64,000 nucleotides of DNA from the human T2T-CHM13v2.0 reference genome, Homo sapiens: assembly GCF_009914755.1 (NCBI RefSeq), contig NC_060947.1; one strand, 5' to 3'. Each line of letters begins with the position of its first letter. Position 1 is the first letter of the stretch. The position numbers were made by a program, and so were the translations under genes. The notes beneath the pieces are model-generated. The model had not been told where the DNA came from. It was given only the letters and a program-made list of their open reading frames with translations, and did no database searches. Positions 1 through 14,340 of this stretch are shown here, in pieces.

Positions 1-135
1 GCAGCTCAATTTCAAGCTGCTCTTTGTTAGGAAAAGAATAATTTATTGTGCTGGTTTTTTGTTAGAAGGGAAGCTCTGCTGAGGGCTCTTTTGCCCTCAC
101 TAACTGCCTAAATAATTTCTTTCTGCCTCCTGTAT
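1..135 (-). mobile_element. 5' end of an ERV1-class LTR (MER50-like), running off the window edge
   Basis: The reverse complement begins taatacaggaggcagaaagaaattatttaggcagttagtgagggcaaaagag, matching the recalled MER50-type LTR start. Confidence 0.6.
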
Positions 136-569
136 TACTGGTTCCATCGTGCTTAACAGTTCATCCACCAATTTATATCTTTCCTCTTGCATTTTACTAT
201 AAGCAGTGAAAAGAAACTGAGTGGCACCTTCCACATTTTGTTTAGAAATCTTGTTGGCTAAACATCCAAGCTCATTGCTTACAAATTTCACTTTCCTCCC
301 AGTGATAGAATATAAGTCAGTTAAGACTCTGTCACCTTATAATAAGAATCACCTTTCCTCCAGTGTCCAATAACATGGTCATTATTTGAAGTCCTCACCA
401 GAAGTACATTTAATGCTTATATTTCTACCAGTTCTTCAAAGCATTTGATGAATTTTCTGTTAAACACTTCAAACTTCTTCCAGGCTCTACCCATACCCAA
501 TTAAAAAGTCAACTCCACATTTTTAGTGTATGTTACAGCAACATCCTACTCTCTAATACCAAAATTTGC
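136..569 (-). mobile_element. MaLR internal sequence (MLT1-int)
   Basis: The ORF remnant ELGCLANKISKQNVEG...AYSKMQEER resembles the MaLR internal ORF, and it abuts an MLT1 LTR. Confidence 0.7.
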
Positions 570-999
570 ATTAGATGCCTATGTCTGTCTTAACAAATTA
601 CCACTAACTGTGTGGCTTAGAACAATAGAGATTTATTCTGTCACAGTTCTGGAGTCTAGAAGTCCGAAACTAAGGTGTTGGCAGAGCTATGCTTTCTCCA
701 CAGGCCCTAGGGAACAGTTCTTCCTTTTCCCCTCCAGCTTCTGGTAGTTCCTGGCAAAATTTGGCATTCTTTTCCTTATATATACACCTTCAATCTGTGT
801 GTCTGTTGTCATATGACATTCCATTGCATATCTGTATCACTTTACCTCCTTTTAAAGGACATAAGGCATATTGTATTAAAGGCCAACCCTACTCCAGTAT
901 GACCTCATATTAACCAATTACATTTGCAATGGTCCTGTTTCAAAAAAAAAAATGTTATGTTCTGAAGTACTGATGGGGGACATAATTCAATCCATAACA
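570..999 (-). mobile_element. MLT1 (ERVL-MaLR) LTR
   Basis: Typical MLT1 motifs aacaaattaccac...tggcttagaacaatagagatttattctgtcacagttctggag, and terminus ggggacataattcaatccataaca. Confidence 0.8.
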
Positions 1000-1044
1000 T
1001 ATATGGAGCTGTGTGTGTATGGGTGTGTATATATTCCTTGGGAC

Positions 1045-2330
1045 CTTATATATATATATAGGATTATGTTATCTGCAAATGTATATAGTTTAACTTTTTT
1101 TCTTCCAATTTGGGTGCCTTTTATTTCTTTTATTGCCTAATTGCTCTAGCTAAAACCTCCACTACAGTGTTGAATAGCAGTGATAAAAGTGGGTATCCAC
1201 ATCTTATTCTTAATTTTCAAAGGAAAACTTTCAGGCTTTCACCATTAAATATTATTTTAGCTATGGGTTTTTCATAATTGCTGTTTATCATGTTGAAGAA
1301 GTCCCCTTCTATTCTTAGTGTGTTGAGTGTCCCTATCATGAAAGGGTATTGAATTTTGTAAGATGCTTTTATTGCATCAATTAATTAAGACATTTTTTCT
1401 TCCTTCTATTAATGTGGTATATTGCATTGATTGCTTTTCTCATGTTGAACTACCCTTACATTACTGAGATAAGTCTCACTTGGTCATGGTGTATAAGCCT
1501 TTCACTATGCTGGTGGATTCTGTTTGAAAGTAGTTTGTTAAGAATTTGGCACCTATATTCATAAGGCACGTTTGCTTATGGTTTTCTTATGGTGTCTGTC
1601 TGACCTTGGTATAAGGGTAATTTTGGCTTCAAAAAATAAGTTAGAAAATGTTTCTTACCCTTTTATTTTTTGGAAGTGATTGAAATGATTGGTATTAGTA
1701 ATAATTTAATTTTTGGTATAAATAAATTAAATTCACCAGTGAAGTCATCTGGTCCCAGGTTTCTCTCTGATGAAAGGTTTTTGGTTGTTGATTCAATCTT
1801 TTTATTTTATATAGTTAGGTATGTTAAGTTTTCTATTTCATCTTGGTTCAATTTTGATAAATTATATGTTTCTAAAAAATTTTCTGCTTCATCTAGGCTT
1901 TATAATTTTTTCAGGTACAATTGTTCTAGTACTCTCTAATAATCATTTGTAATTCTTTAGGTCAGTGACAATATTTCCATTTCATTTCTAATTTTAGTTA
2001 TTTGCATCTTTTCTTTTTTCCCTTGTAAGTCTAGCTAATGGCATGACATTTTTTTGGTCTTTTCAAAGAACCAACTTTTGGTCTCACTGAATTTCTCTAC
2101 TTTTTTTTACTCTCCATTTCATTTATCTCAGCTCTAATTTTTATTGTTTTCTTCCTTCAGCTAGATTTGGGTTTGCATTGCTCTTCCTTTTCTAGTTCAT
2201 TAAAGTGTAAAGTTAAATTATCGACTTGAGATTTTTTTCTTTTTTAATGTAGACAACTTTAAATTTCCCACTGGTCACTGCTGTTACTGCACTCTTTAAG
2301 TTTTGGTATATTTAGGTATATTTTGTTGTT
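1045..2330 (-). mobile_element. Old L1 (L1M) ORF2 fragment
   Basis: Antisense ORF2 motifs such as tattgcctaattgctctagctaaaacctccactacagtgttgaatag and ttttcaaagaaccaacttttgg. Confidence 0.85.
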
Positions 2331-2337
2331 TAGTTCT

Positions 2338-5225
2338 GTTCCTCAACAAAATACTAGCAAGCTGAATTCAACAGCATATTAAAAGGATCATTCACTGTCA
2401 CAAAATGGAATTTATTTCTGCAGTGCAAGGATGGTTCAACACACAAAAATCAATAAATGTTATATACCACATTAACAGACTGAAGGATAAAAATCATATG
2501 ATTGTCTCAATAGATGCAGAAAAGGCATTTGACATAATTAAATATCCTTTCATAATAAAAAAATCTTCAACAAATTAGGTAGGAAAGGAATATACCTCAA
2601 GACAGTAAACACCATATATGAGAAGTCCACTGCTCACATTACACTCAATGGTCAAAAGCTGAAAGCTTTTCCTCTAAGATCAAAGAAGACAATTATGCCT
2701 ACTCTTGCCACTTCTATTCAACATACTACTGGAAGTCCTAGCCAAAGCAATTAGGCAAGAAAAAGAAATGAAAAGCATGTAAATTGGAAAGGAAGAAGTA
2801 ACAGTCTCTATTTGTGGATGACATAGTCTTGTTTACACAAAACCCTGAAGACTCCACCAAAAACCTGTTAGAACTAATAAGCAAAATCAGTAAAGTTGTA
2901 TGCAGGATACAAAGGCAACATACAAATATCAGTTGTGTTTCTAGCCAAAAAATAAATTAATAAATAAATCCCATTTACAATAGCATAAAAAATAAACTGC
3001 ATAAAAATAAATTTAGCTAAGGAGGCAAAACATCTATACATTTTAAACTATAGAACATTGTTAAAAGAAATTGAAGAAAACACAAATAAATGGAATGATA
3101 TCCTGTGTTCATGGATTGAAAGAATGTTGCTAAAGTGTCCATAACACCCTTAGTGATCTACAGATTCAACACATCTCTATCAAAGTTCCAATGGCATTTT
3201 TTTACAGAAATAGAAAAAATAATATTAAAATTTATATGGAGCCACATAAGACCTTAATAGCCAGTGTAATTTTGAGAAAGAAGAACACAGCTCAAGTTAT
3301 CAATCTTCCTGATTTTAAATTCAATTACAAAGCTATAGTAATTAAAACAGGATGGTACTACCATAAAAACAGACACATGACCAATGGAACAGAATAGAAA
3401 GCCCAGAAATAAAACTAAGGAAAAAGCTATCCACTAATCTTTGACAAGGGTACTAAAAATACACAATGGGAAGAGGATAGTTACTTCAATAAATAGTGTT
3501 GAGAAAACTGGATATCCACATGCATAAGAATGAAATTGGACCCTTATTTTACACCATACACAAAATTCAACTTAAAATGGATTATAGGCCTAAACGTTAG
3601 ACCTAAAATCATAAAATTCATAAAAGTAAACATAGGGAAAAAAACTTCTTGTTATTGGTCTTAGCAATGATTTCTTGGCTAAGACACCAAAAGCATGGCA
3701 TTAAAAGCAAAAATAAGAAGTGAGACTACATCAAACTATAAAGCTTCTGAACAACAATCAACAACAAAAAGGGCAGCCTATGTAATTGGAGAAAGTCTTT
3801 ACAAATCATTTCTCTGATAAGGGCTCAATATCAAAAATATATAAGGAACTTACACAACTCCATAGCAAAAAAAAAAAAAATCCAAGCCAATTAAAATGTA
3901 GACAAAAGACTTGTATAGACATTTCCACGAAGAAAACGTACAAATAGCCAAGAGGTATAAAAAAAGGTGCATGACCTCATTAGTCATCAGGGAAATGCAA
4001 ATCAAAACCACAATGAAATATCACCTTACATCTGTTAGGATGGCTATTGTTTAAAAAAAAAATAGATAATAAGTGTTCATGAGGATGTTGAGAAAAGGGA
4101 ACCCCTGTACACTGTTAGTAAGAATGTAAACTGGTACAACCATTATGGAGAATAGTATGGAGGTTCCTCAAAAAATTAAAAATAGAACTATCATGTGACC
4201 CAGAAATCCCTCAGCTGGGCATATACACAAAGAAATTGAAATCAGTATCCTGAGATATCTGCACTCCCTTGTTTATTGTAGCATTATTCACAGTAGCAAA
4301 CCTATGAAAACAACCTAAATGTCTACTGATGCATTAATAAATAAATGAAATGTAAGATAGAGAGATAGAGACATAGATAGAGATACAGATAAAATGGAAT
4401 ATTACTTAGCCTTAAAAAATGAAATCCTAGGCCTGGTATGGTGGCTCATGCCTATAATCCTAGCACTTTGGGAAGCCAAGGCAGGAGGATTGCTTGAGCC
4501 CAGGAGTTTGAGACCAACCTGGGCAACACAGCGAGATTTTATCTCTGTGAAAAACAGAAATTAGCGAGGCCTGGTGGCGTCTGCTTGTGGTCCCAACTAC
4601 TCCAGATGCTAAGGTGGGAGGGTTGCTTAAGCCTGGAGGTTGAGGTCGCAGTGAACTGTGATTACATCACTGGACTCTAGCCTGGGTGACAAAGTGAGAC
4701 CCTGTGTCAAAACATAAAGATAAAAAATTGAAATCCTGCCGTTTGTGACAAAATGTATGAAGCTGGGGGGCATTATGCTTAGTAAAATATTCCAGACACA
4801 GAAAGATAGCTATGATCTCACTTATATGTTAAATCTAAAATTGTCAAACTCATCGTCGCAGAGAGTAAAATTGTGGTTGCCACAGGCGGGGGAAAGGGAG
4901 AAATAGGGAGATGATGATCAAAGGAGAGAAAGTTTCAATTATGCAAGATAAAAAAGTTCTAGAGATCCACTATACAGCGTAGTGCCTATAGCTAACAATA
5001 CTGTGCTGTATATTTGAAATTTGCTAAGAGCATAGATCTTAATCTTACTACAAAAATAATAATAAAACCAATGGGAGGTGATGGACGTGTTTATGGTCTC
5101 AATGGTGGTGACGGTTTCACAGGCATATACTTACCCCAAACTCATCAAGCCGTATGCATTAAATATGTACTGCTATTTATATTTTAATCATACCTCAATA
5201 AAAAGATTTTTAAGAATAAAATAAA
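2338..5225 (+). mobile_element. 5'-truncated L1 (L1MA9/L1MB-like), ORF2 RT region to 3' end, interrupted by an Alu
   Basis: ORF2 motifs (caatagatgcagaaaaggcatttgac, gaaatgcaaatcaaaaccacaatg), an old-type 3' UTR and an A-rich tail near 5200-5225. Confidence 0.9.
4430..4726 (+). mobile_element. AluJ
   Basis: Dimeric Alu with the J diagnostic ggaggattgcttgagcccaggag. Flanks aaaaaatgaaatcct / aaaaattgaaatcct form the TSD. Confidence 0.93.
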
Positions 5226-5239
5226 ATATTGAAAAAGAG

Positions 5240-5286
5240 TAATGCCTGGCACAGAGTAGATATCAATAAATATTCATTGAATAAAA
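5240..5286 (+). mobile_element. L2 3' tail
   Basis: aatgcctggcacagagtagatatcaataaatattcattgaata. Confidence 0.6.
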
Positions 5287-5767
5287 AAGTCATTTTAATG
5301 AGTTTTAATTAAATAATGACAAAGCTATCTTTAAAACTCAGTACATTAGCCTTATTTATGATTTATCACTGTCAACAGCAGGAAATACCATGGCCTACCT
5401 AGGAGTGTCCTATCTTGGAGGTCAGTAGGTAAACATTTATAATATACTGATTTGCACTTATTTTTATCTCATATCTTTTTGAGAATTAAATAAATGCTAA
5501 GATAAAATGTAACAACTTAAAAAGGGTAAAATGTTAAAAGTTATTCATTCAAGAAGAGATGTATTAACAAAGAACAGATAAGCCATAAACTAGATAATGA
5601 GATACACAATAAAAGGTAATAGAAAGGATACTATCAAACATTCAGAATAGAAATGGAGCTTATAAGAGGGAAACAGGACAAACTAAGGGGAAAAAGTGAT
5701 ATCTAAAGAAGTCTAGAACTCTCCAAGCATGGGATGGAGATATATGTATATATTATAAAATATAAAT

Positions 5768-7162
5768 ATTTTAATTTTGTGAGTACATAGTAGGTGTATA
5801 TATTTATGGGGTACATAGATATTTTGATACAGACATGCAATAGATAATAATCACATCAGGGTAAACAAGGTATCAATCACCTCAAGCATTTATCCTTTTT
5901 GTTTCAAATAATACAATTATACTCATTGAGATTTTTTTCAATGAAAAAATATTAGTTTTTACTATAGTCACCCTGTTGTGCTAGCAAACACTAGGTCTTA
6001 TTTATTATTCCTATTTTTTGCACTCATTAACCATTGCCCCTTTCCACTCACACTTACCCCCTGACTACCCTTCCTAGCCTCTGGTAACCATCTTTCTACT
6101 CTCTGTCTCCATGAATTCAACTGTTTTAATTTTTAGCTCCCACAAATAAGTGGGAACATGCAATGTTTGTCTTTCTGTGCCTAGCTTATTTCACTTAACA
6201 TACTGACCTCCAGTTCTGTCACTGTTGTTGCAAATGACAAGATCTCATTCTTTTTTATGGCTGAATAGCACTCCATTGTGTATATGTACCACATTTTCTG
6301 TATCCATTCATCTGTTGATGGACACTTAGTTCACTTCGAAATCTTGGCTATTGTGAATAGTGCTGCAATAAACATAGGACTGAGAGTTATCCCTTTGATA
6401 TACATATTTCCTTTCTTTTGGATATATACCTAGGAGTGAGATTGCTAGATCAAATAATATCTCTATTTTTCATTTCTTTTAGGAACCTCCAAACTATTCT
6501 CCATAGTGGTTGTACTATTAATAATTTACATTCCCACCAACAGTGTATGAGCATTCCCTTTTCTCCACATCCTCGCCAGCATTTGTTATTGCCTGTTTTT
6601 TGGATAAAAGCCATTTTTAACTGGGGTAAGATGGTATCACATTGTAGTTTTGATTTTCATTTCTCTGATGATCCATGATATTGAGCACCTTTTCAAATGT
6701 CTTTTTGCCACTTGTATGTCTTCTTTTGATAAATGTCTATTGAAATCTTTAGCCAATTTTTTAAATCAGATTATTAGATTTTTTTTCCAAAGAGTTGTTT
6801 TAACTCTTTATATATTCTGGTTATTAATGCCTTGTCAGATTGTTAGTTTTCAAATATTTTCTGCTATTCTGTGGGTTGTCTCTTCACTTTGTTGATTGTT
6901 TCCTTTCTTGTGCAGAAGCTTTTTAACTTGCTGTGATCCCATTTGTCCATTTTTGCTTTGGTTACCAGTGCTTGTGTAGTATTATTGCTCAAGAAATCTT
7001 TGCCTAGACCAATGTCCTGGAGAGTTTCCCCAATATTTTCTCGTAGTAGTTTCATATTTTGAAGTCTAAGATTTAATCTTTAATCCATTTTTATTTGATT
7101 TTTGTTTATGGTGAGAGATAGGGGTCTAGTTTCATTTTTCTGAATATGGATATCCAGTTTTG
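5768..7162 (-). mobile_element. L1MA2/L1MA3-like 3' part
   Basis: Antisense 3' UTR gtacatagtaggtgtatatatttatggggtacat. ORF 6864..7055 encodes L1 ORF2 C-terminal sequence ([16 protein letters not shown]). Confidence 0.9.
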
Positions 7163-7552
7163 GGATAGATATCTTGATACTGTACAATAGAGGGAGATTT
7201 TGATACAAGTCTGTCTTGGATGAGTTGAGTGAGGGGAATGATCTAGGCATGTATGGGCAGATAATTTGTTTAGATAGCAAATCTGACCTCATTGCTCCAA
7301 TTGTTTATTTAAGATTAAATCAAAGTGCTTCTTGGAATATATTCTTTCAAACACACCTTATTATGAAAAGGCCTAGTTTTCTAATCTTATATCAGTATAA
7401 CATTCAGATGAATCATAAAGCAGAAATAGTGGGAGAAATGGTTTACAAAAGTAAAAGAAACTTTTCTGGGCTTCATGTCTATGGTTTATTCTAAGATCAT
7501 TAAACATTACTTATGAAAACTATTTCATTTTAAAAATAAGTATAGGGATATG

Positions 7553-10500
7553 CATCCAAATAGAACCTCCTTGACACATAAATCTCACGAGGCCTATAAA
7601 ACAATAACACAATGTAAAAAACAAAGTATCAAGGTAACAACTAACATGATGAATAGAACAGTACTTCACGTCTCAATAATAATATTGAATGTAAATGGCC
7701 TAAATGCTCCATTTAAAAGATACGGAATGACAGAATGGATAAAAAAAATGAACCAAATATCTGCTGCTTCAAGAGACTCACCTAACACATAAGGACTCAT
7801 ATAAACCTAAGGTAAAGGGATAGAAAAAGATACTTCATGCAAATGGAAACCAAAGCAAGCAGGAGTACCTACTGTTATATCAGACAAAACAGAACTTAAA
7901 GCAACAAGAGTAAAAAAAGACTAAGTAGGGCATTATATAATGATAAAAACATCATTCCAAAAAGAAGATATTACAATGCTAAATTTATATGCACCTAACA
8001 CTGGAGCTCACAGATTTATGAAATAATTACTACTAGACCTAAGAAATGAGATAGACAGCAATACCATGATAGTGGGAGACATCGATATTCCACTGACAGC
8101 ACTAGATGGATCATCAAGACAAAAAGTCAACAGTCAAAAAAAGAAAAATGGGCTTAAACTATACCCTAGAACAAATTGAATTAACAAATATTTACAGAAT
8201 ATTTTCCCCACAACTGCAGAATATACAGTCTTCTCATCAGTCCATGGAACATTCTCCGAGATAGGCCATATCATAAGCCACAAAACAAGTTTCAATAAAT
8301 TTAAGAAAATCGAAATTATATCAACTATATTCTCAGATCACAGTGGAATAAAACTGCAAATCAACTCCAAAAGGAAACCTCAAACTATACAAACATATGA
8401 AAATTAAACAATGTTCTCTTGAATGATTTTGGGGTTAATGATAAAATCAAGATAGACATTTAAAAATTCTTCAAATGAATGATAATAGTGACATAATTTA
8501 TCAAAACCTCTGGGATACAACAGAAGCAGTACTAAGAGGAAAGTTCATAGTCTTAAATGTCTACATCAAAAAGTCTGAAAGACAATAGGATGTCACACCT
8601 CAAGGAACTAGAGAAATAAGAAATGAAACCTAATTCCAGTAGAAGATAATAACAAAGATCAGAGCAGAACTAAATGAAATTGAAAGAAAAAATATAAAAG
8701 ATAAATGAAACAGAAAGCTGGTTCTTTCAAAAGATAAACAAAATTGTTAAAACATTAGTGAGATTAACCAAGAAAAGAAGAGAGATCTAAATAAACTCAA
8801 TTACAAATGAAACCAGATATATTATAACCGAGACCACAGAAATACAAAGATCATGAAAGGCCGCTATGAACACCTTTATATGCACAAACTAGAAAATCTA
8901 GAGAAAATGGATAAATTCCTGGAAATTTACACCCTCCTAGATTAAATCAGGATGCAATAGAAACCCTAAACTGACCAATAACAGTGTGATTGAAATGGTA
9001 ATTAAAAAGTTACCAACAACAACAAAAAAAAAGTCCAGGAGCAGACAGATTCACAGGTGAATTATATCAGACATTCAAAGAATTGGTACCAATCCTATTG
9101 ACACTATTCCAAAAGATAAAGAGGGAATCCTCCCTAAATTATTCTATGAAGCCAGTATCAACTAATACCAAAACCAAGAAAGGTTTTGTTATGACAAAAA
9201 AAGGTTGTGACAAACAAAGGTTTTGTTATGAAAAAAAAAGAAAACTACAGACCAATATCCTTGATGAACATAGATGCAAAAATCCTCAAAAAAATACTAG
9301 CTAATCGAATGAAATAGTACATGAAAAAGATAATACACCATGATCCAGTGGGTTTCATCCCTGGGATGCGGGGATGGTTTAACATACACAAGTCAATAAA
9401 TGTGATACATCACAAAAACAGACTTACAAACAAAAATCATATGATCATCTCAATAGATGCAGAAAAAAGCATTTGACAAAATCCAGCATTGCTTTGTGAT
9501 AAAAACCGTCAACAAAATAAGCATAGAAATGACTTACCTCAAAGTAATAAAAGCCATATATTAGTTTGCTGAGAATGATAGTTTCCAGCTACATCCATGT
9601 CCCTGCAAAGGACATGAACTCATCCTTTTTTATGGCTGCATGGTATTCCATGGTGTATATGTGCCACTTTTCTTTATCCAGTCTATCACTGATGGGCATT
9701 TGGGTTGGTTCCAAGTATTTGCTATTGTGAACAGTGCTGCAATAAACATACGTGTGCATGTGTCTTTATAGTAGAATGATTTATAATCCTTTGGCTATAT
9801 ACCCAGTAATGGGATTGCTGGGTCAAATGGTATTTCTAGTTCTAGATCCTTGAGGAATCGCCACACTGTCTTCCACAGTGGTTAAACTAAATTACACTCC
9901 CACCAACAGGATAAAAGCATTCCTATTTCTGCACAACCTCTCCAGCATCTGTTGTTTCCTGACTTTTTAATGATCACCATTCTAACTGGCGTGAGATGGT
10001 ATCTCATTGTGGTTTTGATTTGCATTTCTCTAATGACCAGTGATGATGAGCTTTTTTCGTATGTTTGTTGGCCGCATAAATGTTTTCTTTTGAAAAGTGT
10101 CTGTTCATATACTTCGCCCACTTTTTGCTGGGGTTGTTTGGTTTTTTCCTGTAAATTTGTTTAAGTTCCTTGTAGATTCTGGATATTTGCCTTTTGTCAG
10201 ATGGATAGATTGCAAAAATTTTCTCCCATTCTGTAGGTTGCCTGTTCACACTGATGATAGTTTCTTTTGCTGTGCAGAAGCTCTTTAGTTTAATTAGATC
10301 CCATTTGTCAATTTTGGCTTTTTCTGCCATTGCTTTTCGTGTTTTAGTCATGAAGTCTTTGCCCAGGCCTATGTCCTGAATGATATTTCCTAGGAAACCA
10401 TCATTCTTAGCAAACTAACACAGGAACAGAAAACAAAACACCACACGTTCTCACTCTTAAGTGGGAGTTGAACAATGAGAACACATGGACACAGGGAGGG

Positions 10501-12843
10501 GAACATCACACACTGGGGCCTGTTGCAGGTTAGGGGCCTGGCGGGGGATAGCATTAGGAGAAAGACCTAATGTAGATGACAGGTTGATGGGTGCAGCAAA
10601 CCACCATGGCACGTGTATACCTATGTAACAAACCTACACATTCTGCACATGTATCCCAGAACTTAAAGTATAATAATAATTTTTTAAAAGCCGTATATAA
10701 CAAACCCATAGACAACAACATAGTGAATGGGGTAAAGTTGAAAGCATTCCCCCTAAGAAGTGGAACAAAACAAGGATGCCTATCTTCACCACTCCTATTC
10801 AACACAGTTCTGCATGTCCTAATCAGAGCAATCAGACAAGAGAAAGAAATAAAGAGCATCCAAATTGGAAAAGAGGAAAACTGTCTCTTTGCCGATATGA
10901 TTGTATACCTAAAAAAACCCTAAAGTCTCATTCAAAAAAGCTCCTAGATTTAATGAACAAGTTCAGTAATGTCTCAGGATACAAAATCAATGTAAAAAAT
11001 TAGTAGCACTGCTATACACCAACAATGACCAAACTAAGAATGAAATCAAGAACATAATCCCTTTTAAAACATCTGGAAAAAGTAAAATAAAATAATTAGG
11101 AACATGCTTAACCAAGGAGGTGAAAGATCTCTACAAGGAAAACTACAAAACACTGCTGAAAGAAATAATAGATGACAAAAACACATGGAAACATATCCCA
11201 TAGTCATGGATGGAAAGAATCAATATTGTGAAAAAAAACATACTGCCCAAAGCAATCTACAAATTTAATGCAATTCCCTTCAAAATACCATTATCATTCT
11301 TCAAGAAATAGAAAAAACAATCCTAAAATTCATATGGAACAAAAGAAGTGCCCACATATTCAAAGCAATACTAAGCAAAAAGAACAAATCTGGATGTGTC
11401 ACATTACCTGACTTCAAATTATACTACAAGGCTATACCTACCTAAAGAGCGTAGTACTGTTATAAAAAATAGGCATGTAGACCAATGTAACAGAATAGAG
11501 AACCCAGAAATAAAGTTAAATATTTATAGCCAACTACTCTTTGACAAAGCATACAAAAACATAAATTGGGGAAAGAACACCCTATTCGTTAAATAGTGCT
11601 GGGAAAACTGGCCAGCCAGATGTAGAAGAATGAAACTGGATCCCCATCTCCACCTTATACTAAAATCAACTCAAGATGGATCAAATAATTAAATCTGAAA
11701 CCATAACCATTCTATAACAAAACCTAGGAAAACTCCTCTGGACGTTGGCTTAGGCAAAGAATTCATGACTAAGACCCCATAAGCAAATGCGATGAAAACA
11801 AAAATAAATAAATAAATGAGACCTAATTTAATTTAAAAGCTTCTGCATAGCAAAAGAAATAATGAGCCAACTAAACAGACAACTTACAGAATGGGAAAGA
11901 AAATTTGCATACTATGCGTTCAACAAAGAACTAGTATCGAGAATCTACAAGGAACTCAAATGAATCAGCAAGAAAAAACAAATAATCCCATCAAAAAGTG
12001 GGCAAAGAACATGAATAGACATTTCTCAATAGAATATATACAAACAGCCAATAAACATAAGAAAAAATATTAACATCAGTAATCAATAATGCAAATTAAA
12101 ACCACAATGAGATACCACCTTACTCCTGCAAGAATGCCTATTGTTAAAAAGTCAAAAAACAATAAATGTTGGCATGGATGTGGGGAAAAGAGAACACTTT
12201 TACACTGCTGGTGGGAATGTAAATTCATACAACCACTATGGAAAACAGTATGGAGATTCCTTAAAGAACTAAAAGTTGAACTACCATTCAATCCAGCAAT
12301 CCCACTACTGGGTATCTACCCAAAGGAAAAGAAGTCATTATATGAAAAAGACACATGCATATGCATGTTTAGAGCAGCACAATTCACAATTGCAAAGATA
12401 TGTAACCAACCTAAGTGCCCATCAACCAACGAGTGGATAAAGAAAATGTGGTATGTATACACCATGGAATACTACTCAGCCATAAAAAGGAATGAAATAA
12501 TGGCATTCACAGCAACCTGGATGGAGTTGGAAACAATTATCCTAAGTGAAGTAACTCAGGAATGGAAAACCAAATATTGTATGCTCTCACTTATAAATGG
12601 GAGCTAGGCTATTAGTACACAAAGGCGTAAGAATGATGTAATGGACTTTGGGGACTTGGGGAAAAGTTGGGAGTGGGTGAGGAATAAAAGACTACATATT
12701 GGGTACAGTCTACACTGCTTGGGCAATGGATTTATTAAAATCTCAGAAATCACCACTAAAGAACATATCCATGTAAACAAAAACCACCTGTACCTCAAAA
12801 ACTATTGAAATGTTTTTTAAAACATTCAAAAAAATAAAAATGA
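7553..12843 (+). mobile_element. L1PB-like element: inter-ORF spacer, complete but disrupted ORF2, 3' UTR
   Basis: ORF2 start MNRTVLHVSIIILNVNGLN, RT motif [15 protein letters not shown]-terminal CCHC region in ORF 12089..12607. 21-bp TSD aaaaataagtatagg(g/c)atatg at 7532-7552 and 12844-12864. Confidence 0.93.
9562..10685 (+). mobile_element. L1PA7-like, 5'-truncated and 5'-inverted (9562-10392 inverted, 10393-10685 direct), nested in the L1PB
   Basis: TSD aaaagcc(a/g)tatat at 9549-9561 and 10686-10698. The host L1 resumes in register afterwards. L1PA7-type 3' UTR. Confidence 0.9.
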
Positions 12844-14340
12844 AAAAATAAGTATAGGCATATGTGTGTCACTCTGACCTTCCTATACTTTGCAATCCTA
12901 ATTTATAGATAAAAGGGCTTTTAGTTCAGGAATATGTTGTGGAATTTTTAATATAGGCCCCAAAACTCAGGACAAATTTACATATTATCTGACAGGTTTT
13001 TTTTCTTTTGTTTTGTTTTGTTAACAAATGAGAATAGCAATGTCTAAAATGCATTAGAGCTTCCATAGAAAGTGTAGTTTGATAAGCCAAAGGGGACAAA
13101 TTGATTTTTTTCTGAATTATGAATAAGCTATAAAAATCCCCTTTGTGCAGGTAGAGATAGTCTGCGTAGTATACTTAAGTTCTAAAACCCACTGCAAATC
13201 AGGATATTCTGGAAATTTCTGACACTAACTGGACATCAATGCTCATTGTTAATATAAATTCCTTTTCTTTCCTTCATCTATAGATGACTCAGTTTCACTG
13301 TGCTCTTCCTTTTACCTGTGTCTCTTTGTATCATTTTCATCCAAACTTACATTTAAAAGCAACTCTTCCCCTTTGATCAATTTTGACATTGCATTTATTT
13401 CTATGTCATTCTTATTCTGAGAATTCTTTTTCCCTTTCCTTTTTCATTTTGTAGAGCTCCTGGTTTATAGCAATCTGATGAAATAGAGCTCAATCTTTTT
13501 TGTTTCAACTATATAAATACTCATGGCTTATCTTATTAAAACACTGCTTTCCACTACAAGGTAAAGTATTTCATGAGAAAATGGTGATAAAAAGCAGCAA
13601 GAGCTCAGGCAAAGAAACTACTGTATTATGCTAAATATTCATCAAATTCTGAAGCTTTAACATCCTATTTTTGACATTCAAATGTTTTTAGCATTTCATT
13701 GTTAGTACAGTCTATTCATGCAAAAGACATTACACTCAAAATGTTTTTAATTTTGTTGTGCCTAGCCTTACAGTCCTTTAATTGTTTCTTTCATTTCTTA
13801 TTCATTTCAATCTATATGTATTCAGTGAAAACTTAAAACTCAGCTCCCTTTTTTGTCTCTCCACTCTAGAATAACTCACTTTTATCATAAATTGATCAAA
13901 ACCAAGATGATTACTTTTCTCACTACTTCCTTATGAAAGACTAGAGTGATTGTTTTTGACCGACATTCTACATTTTAATTCATTCATTATTGTTTGCTTC
14001 TTTATACTGATGTTAAGCATTCTTTCAAACTTTTAAGAGTTTTACCACCCCCTCCACTAACTAAATTATTTTTCTGATAATGGGCTTGGTATTCCATGAC
14101 TTGAAGTGCATATTTCATTTCCTCATTTCATTCATTCATTCATTTATATCTTTGTTATTCTAAAACTGTATTCGATTCACTATTTTCATCACTATTTATC
14201 ATCTATAGCAATATCTCTTTTTCTGTAGAGCACATGCTGCATTTCCAGGCCTCTGGTGCTTACACTGATTGACTTTAGCAATATTACATTTTAAGCGGAA
14301 AATAGAATGAAACCAGATGATATTCATATTAGCATAGATA

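Noticed and set aside
1045-5225. Adjacent opposite-strand L1s as one twin-primed element
   Set aside because: The arms overlap by ~480 bp of consensus and differ strongly from each other, so they are two independent insertions.
12089-12607. Longest ORF (172 aa) as a gene
   Set aside because: It is the C-terminus of L1 ORF2 in a multiply disrupted L1PB.
13284-13560. Possible exon between an acceptor-like tag and the donor-like aag/gtaaag
   Set aside because: There is no long ORF and no transcript evidence. Such motifs are common in AT-rich DNA.
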